Of a stretch of 64,000 nt of DNA, positions 12,856-26,351 are shown piece by piece. Source of the DNA: Spizellomyces punctatus DAOM BR117. Its lineage: Eukaryota. How positions within the stretch are numbered: position 1 is the first letter of the stretch; the number at the start of each line of letters is the position of its first letter. Location: assembly GCA_000182565.2 (NCBI GenBank), contig KQ257455.1; one strand, given 5' to 3'. A program made the translations under genes and the position numbers. The notes under the pieces were generated by a model. It was not told the origin of the DNA and searched no databases. It saw only the letters and a program-made list of their open reading frames with translations.

Positions 12856-13431
12856 AGTAAAGCAATGGATAAAAAGCCAGCTCCAAAAGCTGTTCAAAAC
12901 CCCGTCGATCTACTCGACGCAAGACTTGCCTTCCAACACAGTTGGCCCCATTTGCCAATTGCGTCTAAATTACGACACGTGATATTTCGGACTGGCGACC
13001 CCATTTTTGCAAAGTCAATTGGCAATCGACGAATCGTCCTCTAACCCACACCGAAACGTCAACGTCAACGTCGACTTTGGTATGTATGAATGATTGTTGA
13101 GGAGGGCTGATGACGGAGGATGCATAACGATGGGTAGAACGAATTGCTGGATGGATGGGAGAGACGGATGGATGGATGGATGGGCGTAGACTGGAATGGG
13201 ACCGTGCGCGGCATCCCATGCGCGAGGAATGGCAAGAGGCCGACATGGGACAAGTACGAGAATGCCGAACAGATTGTATGGAGTTTGTGGATTAGTCGGA
13301 GGAACGACAGTGAGAGACGAGCGGAATAGTAGATATGGAGAATTTGTCTGCGACCTTTGACATGGATTCTGAACAGCTCCCATTCCCTTTCCTGACACTT
13401 TGCAGGCCGGAAACCCCGATAGTCATACACC

Positions 13432-14273
13432 ATGAGGTCCATCATTCAGGAAAATGACATCCCCATCCCCGAGGGTGGTAAGTACTTGGCGATTCTTTTG
13501 ATTGTAGCGTTGGAATTCGTCTTGTGACGCAAAATGGATTCCAGTGACGGTTGACGTCAAGGCCCGACTTGTCCGCGTGAAGGGCCCCCGCGGTCAGCTC
13601 GTCAAGGACTTCAAGCACGTCAACATGGAAATCCTCCGCCTCTCCAAGTCGAAGCTGAAGATCAAGGTGTGGCACGGTGGCCGTAAGCACAATGCGTGCA
13701 TTCGTACCATCTCTTCCCACATCGAGAACATGATCACGGGTGTGACCAAGGTGCGTGGGCGGCGGGAAATGATTTGGCACTCTCACGCTCTACGGGTGAC
13801 TGAGATTCCGATGACACTTTCAGGGCTTCGAGTACAAGATGCGCTTTGTGTACGCTCACTTTCCCATCAACGTCAACATCATCAGCGATGGTGCCGAGGT
13901 GGAAATCCGTAACTTCTTGGGAGAGAAGCAGATCCGCCGCATTAAGATGCTTAATGGTGTGAAGATCGACCACTCCACCGCCCAGAAGGATGAGATCATC
14001 CTTACTGGTAACGACATTGACAACGTTTCCCAGTCCGGTATGCATCGACTTTTGAAGGGGGGATTTTGTTGAGAAATATGAGCGCATGACTGACAACGAT
14101 CCTCTCACTTAGCCGCCTCCATCCAGCAGTCCACCACCGTACGGAACAAGGATATCCGTAAGTTCTTGGACGGTATCTACGTTTCGGAGAAGGTGCGTTT
14201 TACTTGGTTATTGCCTCTGTTGGAGCTGTGCTTAACCGCACGTCTTTTACAGGGTCTCTTGGTCAAGGATTAA
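13432..14273 (+). CDS. RPL9: 60S ribosomal protein L9 (uL6)
   Basis: VKGPRG...[27 protein letters not shown]...[15 protein letters not shown]. Confidence 0.97.
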
Positions 14274-14546
14274 ATGTATATGGGTTGGGAGTAGGTCGCA
14301 TTGTACACACGGGATTCGACTTGTCTCAGCTTGTATTGGAACGGGGCCGCGATGGTTGTGGATTGGCGGTACTGTTTAATATATTGTTGAATGAAAGCAA
14401 GACGATGCACAATTGATCAACTGGGAGACAGTTAATGGTCTCACGATATTATTCACCATGTCACTGTACTAATTTGCAGCCACAGTGGACATCAGCACAA
14501 TCATTCTACTAATGTCTCCTACTAAAACCCAAATGCCTAAACAAAG

Positions 14547-15686
14547 CTATACAATATCTTCCCGGGTATTGCTTGACTGTGTAGTTAGATATGTCACCAC
14601 ATCTTTATGGCCATTGATTCTAGCTAATCGCATAGCCTCTCCGCCATTGGCCCAAACATCCGCACCAGCATTTTCGCATAAATATATAACGTTTGACAGT
14701 CTACCTTCCTTTGCGGCAACCGCTAGTGCAAGGCCAGCCTGATATCGAACATCTGCACCGGCTTCAACTAGGGTTGCGCACACTGCCACCTTGTCCGCCG
14801 CCGCTGCGACGACCAATGCTGATTCGTGTGTTTCCCGAAAAATGGTATTTGGACATAGTCCACCTTTTTTAAGAAGGAATTCCACAACATGGGGATGCCC
14901 AGACTGGATGCCACTATACAAGACGACGTTATCTTGTGCGCGTAAATCGAGTCCATGCTTCATTAAAAGGGACAGAGTAGGGACATTTCCGAGGGTTGCG
15001 GCGCGAGCTCCAGCCGCACACATCACCCTGTTCCGTCCATGTGTAATATTGCTTGCAAGGTAGGAAATAACTTCAGAATTTCCGTACTCGACCGCCCGCA
15101 CCAAGATGAACGACGTCACAGTGGCCCTCTCCTCTTCGACCAAGTATCTGATAACCGGAATGTGTGATAATCCAGCCCTAAAGCCTTGTTCCAATACAAT
15201 CGGGTATGTGAGCCGCACTTGGCGGGGTGAAACACCTTGTTGCCCGCCATGTGCAAAAGTATCCTCACAACCATCACCCACATCCTCATCATCCCATTTC
15301 CAACCGCACACACGCTGACTTAATGCTAGTAATTCAGCCACAAGGGCCACTTTCCCAGCCCAAGCAGCCACAACAACCGCATCCCTCAAAGCAGGTAGCG
15401 ACGAGTCAATTTCTCTGCATCTGTTCAGTAATATGCGAATCACTTCAGGAGTACAGATATGCCAATGTGAGCATTCTGCTAGAAAGGAACCGCAAGCTGG
15501 TTCCTGATAATGCCGAGCAAAGAGAAATGACGCTCGAGCGGCTGACGAAAACGCAAGCGCATTGTAACAGGAGCGGGAAACGGTGACTAGTGCAGAGTTG
15601 GCAGAAAAGAGGAGGATGAGTTCTAGGAGGGGAGTGGGGAGGTCGTGTAGGTTGGGTCTATGGACTGAGCTGGTTAATGTATGCAT
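14547..15686 (-). CDS. F-box-like N-terminus plus ankyrin-repeat protein (intronless)
   Basis: LHDLPTPLLELILLF at N-terminus; repeats such as AVEYGNSEVISYL, GHPHVVEFLL, NGHKDVVTYL. Confidence 0.8.
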   Translation of the reverse strand: MHTLTSSVHRPNLHDLPTPLLELILLFSANSALVTVSRSCYNALAFSSAARASFLFARHYQEPACGSFLAECSHWHICTPEVIRILLNRCREIDSSLPALRDAVVVAAWAGKVALVAELLALSQRVCGWKWDDEDVGDGCEDTFAHGGQQGVSPRQVRLTYPIVLEQGFRAGLSHIPVIRYLVEEERATVTSFILVRAVEYGNSEVISYLASNITHGRNRVMCAAGARAATLGNVPTLSLLMKHGLDLRAQDNVVLYSGIQSGHPHVVEFLLKKGGLCPNTIFRETHESALVVAAAADKVAVCATLVEAGADVRYQAGLALAVAAKEGRLSNVIYLCENAGADVWANGGEAMRLARINGHKDVVTYLTTQSSNTREDIV

Positions 15687-15911
15687 TGGTGGTTGGACTA
15701 GGGAGAGTCGGGGACCTGACAATTCTGTTCACTTGTCTTGGCTCGAGCGATTACGTGATGCCAATCGAACACGTGTTCCGATCGGGGGTAACGATAAACA
15801 GTATCTAGTTGACGGGATGTTTTCCATAAAAATAAGAGACCTCGTAATACAAAAAAGTTAAAAATGAATTGATGCTTGAAGTTGCCATGCTATGCTATGT
15901 ACTAAATTCTA

Positions 15912-17943
15912 TCATGCTGCATCTTTGTCCCCTTTTTTCTTATCGTCGCCATTGCGGTCTTTTTTGAGCTTATCAAATGCTGCCCTGAAGAATCCTTTTC
16001 CCGTCTCTTCCTTGCCTGGATTTTTGTCTCCTTCTTCAGAATCTTTTGGTCCAGGGTTCGACGATCCTGGGTTTCCCTTCTTACCAGTGCCTTCGACGTC
16101 AAACGCTTCCTCCAATAGCTTTCTCTGTTTCTCGGTCAAAGTCTTTGGCAAAGCCACGTTCAGAGTGACCCATTGGTCTCCCCGCTCATCGCCCATTCGG
16201 TCAATCTTTCGTACCCCCCGCCGTCGGAGGCGTTTCTTTTCCATCGGCTGGGTACCTGGAGGTACTTGGAGCTCTACTTCCCCGTCGATGGTTGGTATCC
16301 GAATCGTTCCTCCCAAAAGAGCCTTCTCAAGAGGTACGTCAGCATTGACAAGCACGTCCGCACCGTCACGTTTGAATGTTGGATGGCTTTGCACCTATAA
16401 TGTAGGCACACATTAGATTAAACGCAAAATCAGGCTGCTTGTGACCAGTCACGTACATTCAACCGCACAAAGAGATCCCCTTCTGGACCGTCACCTTCCA
16501 GCGGGGCATTTCCTTGACGCGGCAGCCGCAATTCCAACCCATCGTATACTCCTGGTGGGACTTTAACTTCCACCGTTCGTTTCTCCTTAACACGACCAAC
16601 ACCATCGCAAGTGCCACATTTCGCGTCCGCAGGAATGCGCACACCCGTTCCGCCGCACGCTTGACATGTTGACGCCATATGAAATCCTCCTCGAACAAAC
16701 GACACCTTTTTGCGGTGGAATTATGAGGATTAGCTGGTAGCGCACACATATCGATATATGAAGATCACAGTACCTGACCAGCACCTCCACAAACGTTACA
16801 CCGTTGTGGTTTATGCCCTGCCTTCATTCCAGATCCAGTACACGGTTTGCACTTTACGATGCTCGTAAATGTTATCGGTTTCGTTGTCCCCTTGGCCGCA
16901 TCCATGAAAGAAACATTCATCGAAGTCTTGATATTCCGGCCCACCGCATCAAAGCCACCGCGACCTCCCATTCCGCCCATGCCAGGCATACCGCCAAAAC
17001 CACCAGTGAACAGCTGCTCAAAAATGTCTTGCGCATTTCCGTGAAAGCTGCCACCGCCACCAAATGGACCACCTCCAGCACCACCTCCGAATCCATTGAA
17101 GCCGCCAAAACCGCCGCCAAATCCACCGGCCCCCGTGGGTCCTTCACCGCCTATGCAAAGAAAGTTATGGTCATTAAACCTACCCAATCCCAACTGTTGG
17201 CAATATTAACACTACCTGTGAAGGCAGAATGGCCGAATTGGTCATAATTAGCTCGTTTCTGATCATCAGATAGGATCTAGGGCAAAATGAATCAATTAAA
17301 GCGATCATTGTGATCAGAGGCGTTTAAGTGACCACATACATCGTACGCTTCTTGTATTTCGATAAACTTATCCTTTGCGTTCGGATCTTTGCTCGTGTCA
17401 GGATGATAATCGCGCGCAAGCTGTACAATCGAAGATAAATCGCCGTGAAATCGCCACAAATATGAGATCTAACCATACGGACCTTGTAATATGCTTTTTT
17501 GATCTCATTCGCTGAAGCGTCTCTGTTGACTCCTAGAACCTGATAAGCGTCACGCTTTGGAGACAAAGACGACGCTACAATGCGGAGCAGGTTAAACAAC
17601 ATTCCATCAACAAATGCAACAGACGTGAGACGTACGTGTTGAATGGAATGTTCGCTGTCATGTAGAGCATTGTGCTTGAGTTGACAAGGTTGATAAATAG
17701 TAAACATTAACAAACACAACCTACCTTTGTACTTGAGCCAAGCCCTTCGAAACCTCCCTTACATGGCTGATTGCAGTTACGAAGATTGCCAGTAGGTCGC
17801 AATGGGCGTTCATACTCCCGTTGCCGAACAGAGCTGATGCATCGCGCTTTTGCAACAAATGGTCGCCCTGCAACGTTCAGACAAGTAGAAGTTCGAAGTA
17901 GAGCTTTATTCACATGAACCGTAGCTGTCGATGTGCAAGTCAT
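15912..17943 (-). CDS. MDJ1: Mitochondrial type I DnaJ chaperone
   Basis: J domain DAYQVLGV...[17 protein letters not shown] region, four CxxCxGxG repeats, presequence-like N-terminus. Confidence 0.9.
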
Positions 17944-18797
17944 GTTGAAATGGAACCCCAGTTTCCGCCTATGCTGTAGTTGATGCTCAAAGATCGGTGA
18001 TCTCGTAAAGTTGGGACACTTGAACTTTCAAAGTTCCGACCCTTGTTGCTATGACACCTGGAACCTTCACGAAACGCGAACACGTTTTTGTATTAGGTAA
18101 GCGATCTGGGAAGCAATGTTCTGCTGTCTTTCGGGTCCGACTACCCAAATTCCAGCTATTAAGCAGCGTATGAACATGATATTGCTTAAGGGTCAATCTG
18201 AGTCTATAATGTTGGGGAATGTTGAATTCATTCAAATATCCGTAACTTTTATGGAACATTCTACAACCATTTACCGAAATAGAATATCGTGTGGGGTTAG
18301 ACGCCAGTTCCGCTTGGTGACCATCCGTGTGTGCCTTCCTTCGAGCATTGGGCTCTACAAGCGGAGTGTCGCTGCGACTTTTAACTAAAGCAGTCCCGTC
18401 AAGGCATATTGTGATGCTGTTCAGAACGACATAGATGGAGAGAGACAGTCATGGAATGATCAAGAGGGAGCGCGCCTCGTCGCTATCCATAATGAAGTGG
18501 AAGCTTACAGGTATTCGAAAGCATTCCCAAAAACGAGGGCATGATCCTCGAAAGCTTATGCACGGAGTATACCATGGATCTCCGTCCTTTTGTCCCGTGG
18601 ATTGGTCGATTTAGGGCTTAGCTTAGTGGGAGACATATCCAACAGCTTGCAGTAAGTTACCGTAGGAAATGCTGGACATCGCCAATTAACCTAGGATATT
18701 TGCTAGCAAGATATTTATTGATAGACTTCTTCACATGACATTGGAAAGCAAATACAAATTGCAAATACAGATAAGCGATCAAAATGATTGACTTCCA

Positions 18798-19562
18798 TCA
18801 CCAACCATCACTGGAGTTAGAGCTTCGCACGCTGTCGATCGCGACAAGCTCTGATTCTGGTCCAATACCATAGTAACTTAACAACTTGTCATCCTCCAAT
18901 TGCCTTTCGGCAAACATCAGCGTCATGTCGGTTTCCATCCAGGCTTCACACGAAAGCATGTCCTTCAATAGATTGACGCTGTCTGATTTGCGCACTTTAA
19001 ACTCGAATCTTTTTCCATCCACAGTCTTTACGAAGATCCGAAAGGCTTTCTTTGCCTCTCGTTTTCGCTTTGTGTTTGTCTTCTGCGTGTCAGAATCAAG
19101 ATTTTGGACGTTATCAGCCGCCGGCCAAATCTCCTCCTTCGGTTTTTGGTGAAAGTTCGACAAATACAGCTGACATGTCCTATTGAATCTCTCCGGTCTT
19201 TCCGCAAAATCTTCATCGGGATTATGACCAATAACTTTCCCGCAGAACGCTTCACACTCTGCACCGTATCGATTGGTATCCAAAATATGACAGTGCCAGG
19301 CGAGTTCAACATATGGCGAGGGCGATAACTCGGTCCCATCGTAGTCTTGAACACTTGCTTTGAGAATGAGGAAGCGAAGATATTCGGTGACAATGGACAT
19401 TGAAACGGGAAGAGTAAAATCATGGCAGCGCATGAGGCGGGAGACGATGAGTCTGTAGTCGATGCGGCCAAGGCGAGACTCCAGCGTAGCGAGGTCGGTT
19501 ATGAGAGGGGAAGGGATATCGACGGGCATTTGGCCTTTCTTGTTATTATCCTTGACCATCAT
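18798..19562 (-). CDS. Intronless protein: GRDP/DUF1399-like domain fused to a ubiquitin-like domain
   Basis: EYLRFLILKA...SPSPYVELAWHCHILDT..Y...C motif, then FRIFVKTVDGK...LMFAERQLEDDKLLSYYGI (ubiquitin fold, no terminal GG). Confidence 0.75.
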   Translation of the reverse strand: MMVKDNNKKGQMPVDIPSPLITDLATLESRLGRIDYRLIVSRLMRCHDFTLPVSMSIVTEYLRFLILKASVQDYDGTELSPSPYVELAWHCHILDTNRYGAECEAFCGKVIGHNPDEDFAERPERFNRTCQLYLSNFHQKPKEEIWPAADNVQNLDSDTQKTNTKRKREAKKAFRIFVKTVDGKRFEFKVRKSDSVNLLKDMLSCEAWMETDMTLMFAERQLEDDKLLSYYGIGPESELVAIDSVRSSNSSDGW

Positions 19563-20013
19563 ACTGATATCCTGAAGCTTGAAGATCAGAAAGCGATAGA
19601 CTGCGTCAAAAGGTCAATGTAAATACGAGTTGTCCTTTGGCGTCCGATGGGTTTATAAACGAAATAATCGCGGAAGCTTCAAGGTGACATAATGTGAGCT
19701 GGAGGCTATCCGTCGCTCGGTTTCTCCCACGCGACAGCAAGCCCCGCTGCAGTATTGTCCGTGTGCCCGTAGACAAGCTGTCAAACTCACCCTCGATTCT
19801 GGCAATACTCCCATGTGTGGCTTGCAGCTTCGAAAGCCCCTACGGAGTGCGCAACATCAACATATCTGACGTTCTTAACTGGCGTCAATAGAAATCATGT
19901 ATTGTGTTTTTAAGGCGCTACATCATACGCTATATAGAAAAATAATTACATGTACACGAATAAAAATATCTATCTCAGAACAATGACTGAACGAGTCAAG
20001 GAGTGATGGCGAT

Positions 20014-21595
20014 CTACACCGGTCGGAATCTGCATAAACACAAAAAGGAATCAGTTTACCGATTAACATCAAACAAGCAAAAACAGGCTACATACAATGG
20101 CAAAAAATTGCCTACAATCGCCAGCGGGACGTCAAAAATGTCCCGTTTGATTGTAAAGCAAAAGGCACAGGGTACCGGTCGACCAGATGGTGATAACAAT
20201 GTACTCGTTGTCATCACCGACTGTTGTGAATTGTCGAATGCGATCAAACTAAACTTTTCCCAATACTCCACCGCAGATGAATTGTCCATCAATTCATAAA
20301 TGTAGCTCTTTTTCCCAAGCAATTGTTCCCGTGGCCATTGAGTAAGGATAGAAAATTCTTTCCCAACGAGTGCTATCTCGCCTGTTCGCCGCCAAACCAC
20401 GGTCGGAGTGCCCGACGATCCAATGAGCTTGTCAAATTCCTGTTTAGCAAAAGGTGAGAATAGGTATATGCCATGTACTCTTAGAGCCTCATGGCATACC
20501 AATATAGTGCGCTGGAAACATTTTTCCATAAACACAAGATCTTCTTCTGACAAGTTCATGATTTGCGCCATGAATGATGGTCGGAATTGAGCCAACGCAC
20601 GACAAATGCGCATGATATCATTCTTTTCCATTCTGGGGTAAGGCAGAGCATGTGAGATGTAATGTAACCTTGCTTCTAATCAATATTTGCCGAATGACAT
20701 ACCGCTCCTTCACATGTCGCACCAGTGAATGGAATCCCTCTCGATAATCGTAAGGACGAAGCACATTCTTGTACACTCCACTCGTACGACTGTCGGCGTA
20801 CAGATCATCAGACCCGGTGACGGGGGAATTTGTAGTAGCCATCGATTCTCGCTGTCCAACACCTCCTGGATCGTCGCCGCCGTCATTCTGATTTGAGTCC
20901 AGTCCATTCAGATCCATCTGGGGCCCCATTCCCATATCTCCCAGCGGGAAAGGAGAAGCATTGCCATTGGCTTCTCCGATAGGTGGAGCCCCAAGCATAT
21001 TTGAAAGGAATGAATATTCCAGGTTGACGGTTTTGGATCCAAAGTTGAAATTTGGTGCGAGAGGAAAGCCAAGAAGCGAAGAGTCCACGTTGTTGGGGAG
21101 TGTTGTAGCGGAGGTATCTTGGGCTACCATACGGGATCAGCAAGTGCCCTATGCACACAATGCAACTGAGTATATAAGAGCTTCACCTGATTGTTGGGTA
21201 TTGGCTGGCGGGGCAGGGGACGGTGTACTTGTTTGCGCTACAGAGTCTTGTTGAGGCAATGAACAATAGAGTTAGGCAAATGAATTGGGACATGTGTGTC
21301 ATTCTCATCCCACCACTGCCCGCAAAATTCAACGTACCATCAACATCCTGTAGGTATTTGGCCTTTTTTCGCACGCCGTCAGCGCATGTGGCGGCAAGGT
21401 CTCGCTTAACGCACCGAGAACATGGTCGCACTAGAAACAGTCATATATACCGGTCGGTTGGTGTGAAATAGGAGAGGCAGTACGAACTAGCAACATACTA
21501 TCATCGCAGGTCAAATGAGCCTTTTGACAGTGTCCGCAAGCCCGAGAAGCCTTCTTTCGCTTGCTCTTTGGTGGGTCCGCTGGTGTGTCGACCAT
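20014..21595 (-). CDS. ERT1: Zn2Cys6 transcription factor with C-terminal PAS fold, gluconeogenesis regulator ERT1/AcuK family
   Basis: [29 protein letters not shown]...[48 protein letters not shown]. Confidence 0.9.
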
Positions 21596-22572
21596 GTTGT
21601 ATACAAAAAATTCGAGTTCTACTAGTCAAACAGAATTCAAGGCTTCGAGTCTAACAATGCTCGCTAGCGGATTTATCGTTGTTAAGAATGTTGGTTTCCT
21701 AATGGTGAATTGCAATCTTGTCCTCGTCGTCGTCGTCGTCGTCAGCTGGCAAAACGTTGGGCCTTATTAAAGTCTGAGTTGAAAACTTAAAAGTGTGCCA
21801 CGCGAGGTGTCACAATTGGAAAAGCGCAGCCAATGGTTAAATATGGAAGAAATGCATTGCAAGGCGGTTTGAAGGATGGTTTTGGGCATCTGCTGGGCAT
21901 CATGATGGATGTTGTTAGCTCTTGAACGAATATTTCCTGAAGCTTTGTTGATTCTGGCTATCGTTTCTTAAGCAAATAACAAGTCTACCGGCTTGACTAG
22001 GAAAATGTCAGTTAGAATGGATTTGACAATGGTAGCACAGTCTTTATCCCTTTGTCGAGTGGCCAAAGTCTGCCAACCCTGGCATTTTCATGTTCCTTTG
22101 AACAGATGAGGACAAGAAAAGCTGTAGAATTGCAAAGATGTTTTGAAAAGGATGTTGAAGGATGTGTTGCAACACATCTCGGTCTCGCAACAAGAACGCT
22201 TGTAGCAGATTGTTGTGTGTCGCTCTCTTAAAGGATTTGATGCCCATCATCGCACATTGAATGAGATTTGCAAATACATGTATCCTCTACGAATTCCCTT
22301 CTCCCATCCTATTGCCAAAATCAATGTGCGTAAGAAACCGTCGTCCGTTTGTCGTCGTGAAAGCAGCAAAACCGTTGGTTGATGCTCACGTCATTTGGCT
22401 TTGGATGATTCATGTGCACGCGTATGCCGCGTCTTCCCTGACCTTCCACAGGATTTCATCGTTTGGGGGCAACTATAAAAAGGGCACCACGCTTCTTCCC
22501 CCTCCCCTTCATCAGCTTGACCCGCTGCTTTACTTTTTTACGTCCAATATTTTCACGTCTTCTCCAACCGTC

Positions 22573-23935
22573 ATGTCCGCTGCTCCAGAAAAATACCGCA
22601 AAGAGCTTGCCGAGACTGCCAAAGCTATTGTTGCCCCTGGCAAGGGTATCCTGGCCGCAGATGAATCAACAGGAACTATTGGGAAGCGTTTTCAGAACAT
22701 TCAGGTCGAGAATGTAGAAGAGAACCGGAGAGCGTATCGAGAATTGCTCTTCACCTCTGGCAAAGGTATATCCACGTTGAATGAAGCTGNNNNNNNNNNN
22801 NNNNNNNNNNNNNNNNNNNNNNNNNNNNNNNNNNNNNNNNNNNNNNNNNNNNNNNNNNNNNNNNNNNNNNNNNNNNNNNNNNNNNNNNNNNNNNNNNNNN
22901 NNNNNNNNNNNNNNNNNNNNNNNNNNNNNNNNNNNNNNNNNNNNNNNNNNNNNNNNNNNNNNNNNNNNNNNNNNNNNNNNNNNNNNNNNNNNNNNNNNNN
23001 NNNNNNNNNNNNNNNNNNNNNNNNNNNNNNNNNNNNNNNNNNNNNNNNNNNNNNNNNNNNNNNNNNNNNNNNNNNNNNNNNNNNNNNNNNNNNNNNNNNN
23101 NNNNNNNNNNNNNNNNNNNNNNNNNNNNNNNNNNNNNNNNNNNNNNNNNNNNNNNNNNNNNNNNNNNNNNNNNNNNNNNNNNNNNNNNNNNNNNNNNNNN
23201 NNNNNNNNNNNNNNNNNNNNNNNNNNNNNNNNNNNNNNNNNNNNNNNNNNNNNNNNNNNNNNNNNNNNNNNNNNNNNNNNNNNNNNNNNNNNNNNCAAAC
23301 GGTCTAGTTCCAATTGTAGAGCCCGAGATTCTGATGGACGGTGATCATGATCTGGAGCGGTCGGCTCAGGCCACCACTGAAGTCCTTAGTGCCGTGTTCA
23401 AAGCTTTGCACGACCATCTTATCTTCCTGGAAGGCTCGCTGCTCAAGCCTAATATGGTCCTGCCCGGGTTTGACTCGCCTAAAAAGTACACTCCTCAGGA
23501 TATTGCCAAGGCTACCGTGACTACATTACGCCGTACTGTTCCACCCGCAGTCCCGGGCATTACCTTCCTGTCAGGTGGTCAATCTGAGGAGGAAGCTACT
23601 ATCAACCTCAACGAAATCAACCGTGTTCCGGAAGTCAAGCCGTGGGCGTTAACGTTTTCGTATGGACGAGCGCTGCAAGCATCCGTCCTAAAGACCTGGA
23701 AGGGGAAAAAGGAGAATGTGGAAGCCGCTCAGAAGGTGTTTATTGAACGAGCAAAAGCATGTTCTCTGGCAGCTTTGGGCAAGTACCAAGGAGGTGATAA
23801 AAGCTCGGGTGCTACAGAGAGCTTGTATGTGAAGGTAGGCCACGCTCAAGACTGACAATTTTTCAAGGCACAAAATGTAGAGCTTGAAAGCTAACAATCA
23901 TCCCGTGTCTTCCCTGATAGGATTACAAGTACTGA
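22573..23935 (+). CDS. Class I (Schiff-base) fructose-bisphosphate aldolase; middle lies in an N gap
   Basis: [61 protein letters not shown]-terminal Tyr (DYKY*). Confidence 0.95.
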
Positions 23936-24263
23936 ACTCTATCTGGGATGCTTTGGAGTTTTCTTGAGAAGGGATATTGGTGTGCCATTACTTGTATATT
24001 GTTGTGCTCCGGCAAATAAGATATGAGCTTTCTCAAAAGTCCTTTCTCATCATACCCATATTACATTTCAGCGCCGATTTGGGGTATCTTGAAAGTAGCA
24101 TTTCAACACATCTGCACATTAGCAAACGTGATGACAAGGCATGTGGCTTGACGCTAAGCCCAACCGTGACACAGCAATGTGGCGTGGGGGGAATCACCAG
24201 TTGCAAGCTAAACGGAGCTCCAACACTTTTTGGCAAATCCATTCATATATACCTCCATCAACC

Positions 24264-24895
24264 ATGCCAGTCGTACTCCAAGCGTCCGATAACCAGCAAT
24301 TCACCATTGAGAAGGCCGTTGCGGAGCGCTCTATGCTCCTCAAGAACATGCTAGAAGACGTGGGTGAAGCTGGAGAACCGATCCCGCTCCCCAACGTAGC
24401 AGGATCGATCCTCAAAAAAGTCATTGAATACTGCGAACATCACAAGGAAGATCCCGTCCCGTCCGCCGAAGAAGATAAGGATGCGTTCGAATCGTCGCGA
24501 AGAAAAGCGGATGATATCGACGAGTGGGACGCGCAGTTTATCAAGGTTGGGAATGAGGAGCTCTTTGAGATTATCTTGGCTGCGAATTACCTAGATATCA
24601 AGCCACTATTGGATTTGGGATGTAAGACGGTTGCCAACATGATCAAGGGAAAGGTAACGATCTTTTGTTTTTGGTGATTCATGTGAGTTTGAGGTGAACA
24701 AGAAATTGACGCGCGGTAAACAGACCCCAGAGCAAATCAGAGAAATGTTTAACATTGAGAATGATTTCACACCCGAAGAAGAAGATCAGATTAGGAGGTA
24801 TATATTTTGGGTTTCTGTAACCGTTAGGTTTGTGATCTAACCTAGCAAAATGACTTTTGCTCAACAGGGAAAACGAGTGGGCCGCTGATGCTTGA
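24264..24895 (+). CDS. SKP1: SCF subunit Skp1
   Basis: IPLPNV...[58 protein letters not shown]...ENEWA. Confidence 0.97.
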
Positions 24896-25147
24896 GAGGG
24901 ACTCTTGCCAACTGGGGCTGGCATGNNNNNNNNNNNNNNNNNNNNNNNNNNNNNNNNNNNNNNNNNNNNNNNNNNNNNNNNNNNNNNNNNNNNNNNNNNN
25001 NNNNNNNNNNNNNNNNNNNNNNNNNNNNNNNNNNNNNNNNNNNNNNNNNNNNNNNNNNNNNNNNNNNNNNNNNNNNNNNNNNNNNNNNNNNNNNNNNNNN
25101 NNNNNNNNNNNNNNNNNNNNNNTGAAGAGCAGATCTCGCACTTTCCA

Positions 25148-26351
25148 TTATCGACCAGCACCCCACTGTGGTGGTGGAGGAGGAAAATGACCTTGTGGAA
25201 ATCCTTGTTGTGGCGGGAAGCCTTGGCCTGGGAAGGGTGGGGGTGGCATGGGTGGTCGGCCAGGGAATGCAGGTGGAGGACCTGGTGGGCGTTCTGAATC
25301 AAGGATGCAAGACCAATAAGTATCGGAAACCTATTTCAATAGTGACATCAAATAATACGCACGCATAGGGGGAGGTCCAGGTGGCATAGGGCGTGGCGGC
25401 GGGGGCTGAAATCCGCCTGGCGGTGGTCCAGGAGGAAATCCTCCAAATGGTGGCACTGGTGGACGGCCCATGAAAGGCGGTGGGGCTGCTGCCTGGGGTA
25501 CGGGTGGTGCCACTGGCATCGGTGCAGGAGGAACAGGCATTGCCACTGGCACAACAGGCATTCCTGGTCGTCCAGGAATATCGGCAAAAAACCGGTTCGG
25601 CAGATGTGCAGGTTGATTTCTCCGCGCTTGCGCGGCCAGCAATCGCTCCGCGGCGCTTCCATGCCGCTCTCCTTTTCCGTCCTTCTTGAATGCATATGAC
25701 ACCGTAATCGCCTTATTCATCAAGTACTGCCCATTCATTGCCTCAATCGCCGCATCTGAAGACTCAAAATTATCGAATGCCACAAATCCGTATCCCTTCG
25801 AGTTCCCTGTATCCGGATCCCGAGCGACCTTGGGTGTTTGTACAATTACGCCGAACGCAGAGAAGGTATCGTATAGCAGTTTTTCGTCCACATCTGGATC
25901 CAGGTTTCCGATAAAGAGCGACGCACCGACTTCGAGATTCTTTTTATCGGATGTAGCTTTGTTTACTCGTATCGGTTTACCAAAGAGTTTGATCATGTTC
26001 ATAATCTTATGCAATACGTGGCATTGCGGGTCAGGCTAGTGAACTATAACAGAAATACTCTGCTCTGTTACCTTGATCGCATACTCCGCATCTTCCTCTG
26101 ACATGTACTCCACAAACCCATACCCCTGATGTTGCTGAGTGACACGGTCTTTTGGCAAATGTACATTGACTAGTAATAGTTATTAGCTTGTTGTAAGAGA
26201 GCTAGTTAACCGCAGGTCGGCAGTTTGGATACTCACCAACTGGCCCAGCTTGCAACATCAACTCCCACAGTAATCCTTCAGAGACCCGATCATCTACATT
26301 TCCAACATATACCGTGGCGTCTTGATTTCGTTCTTCGGGACGGTTGGACAT
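25148..26351 (-). CDS. HSH49: Splicing factor SF3b4 (two RRMs, Pro-rich tail)
   Basis: [60 protein letters not shown]. Confidence 0.95.

Noticed and set aside
18000-18750. Possible degenerate gene fragment
   Set aside because: Short interrupted frames with no recognisable motif.
22790-23295. Long poly-X ORFs here and at 24926-25122 and 55720-56235
   Set aside because: Artefacts of N gaps in the assembly.
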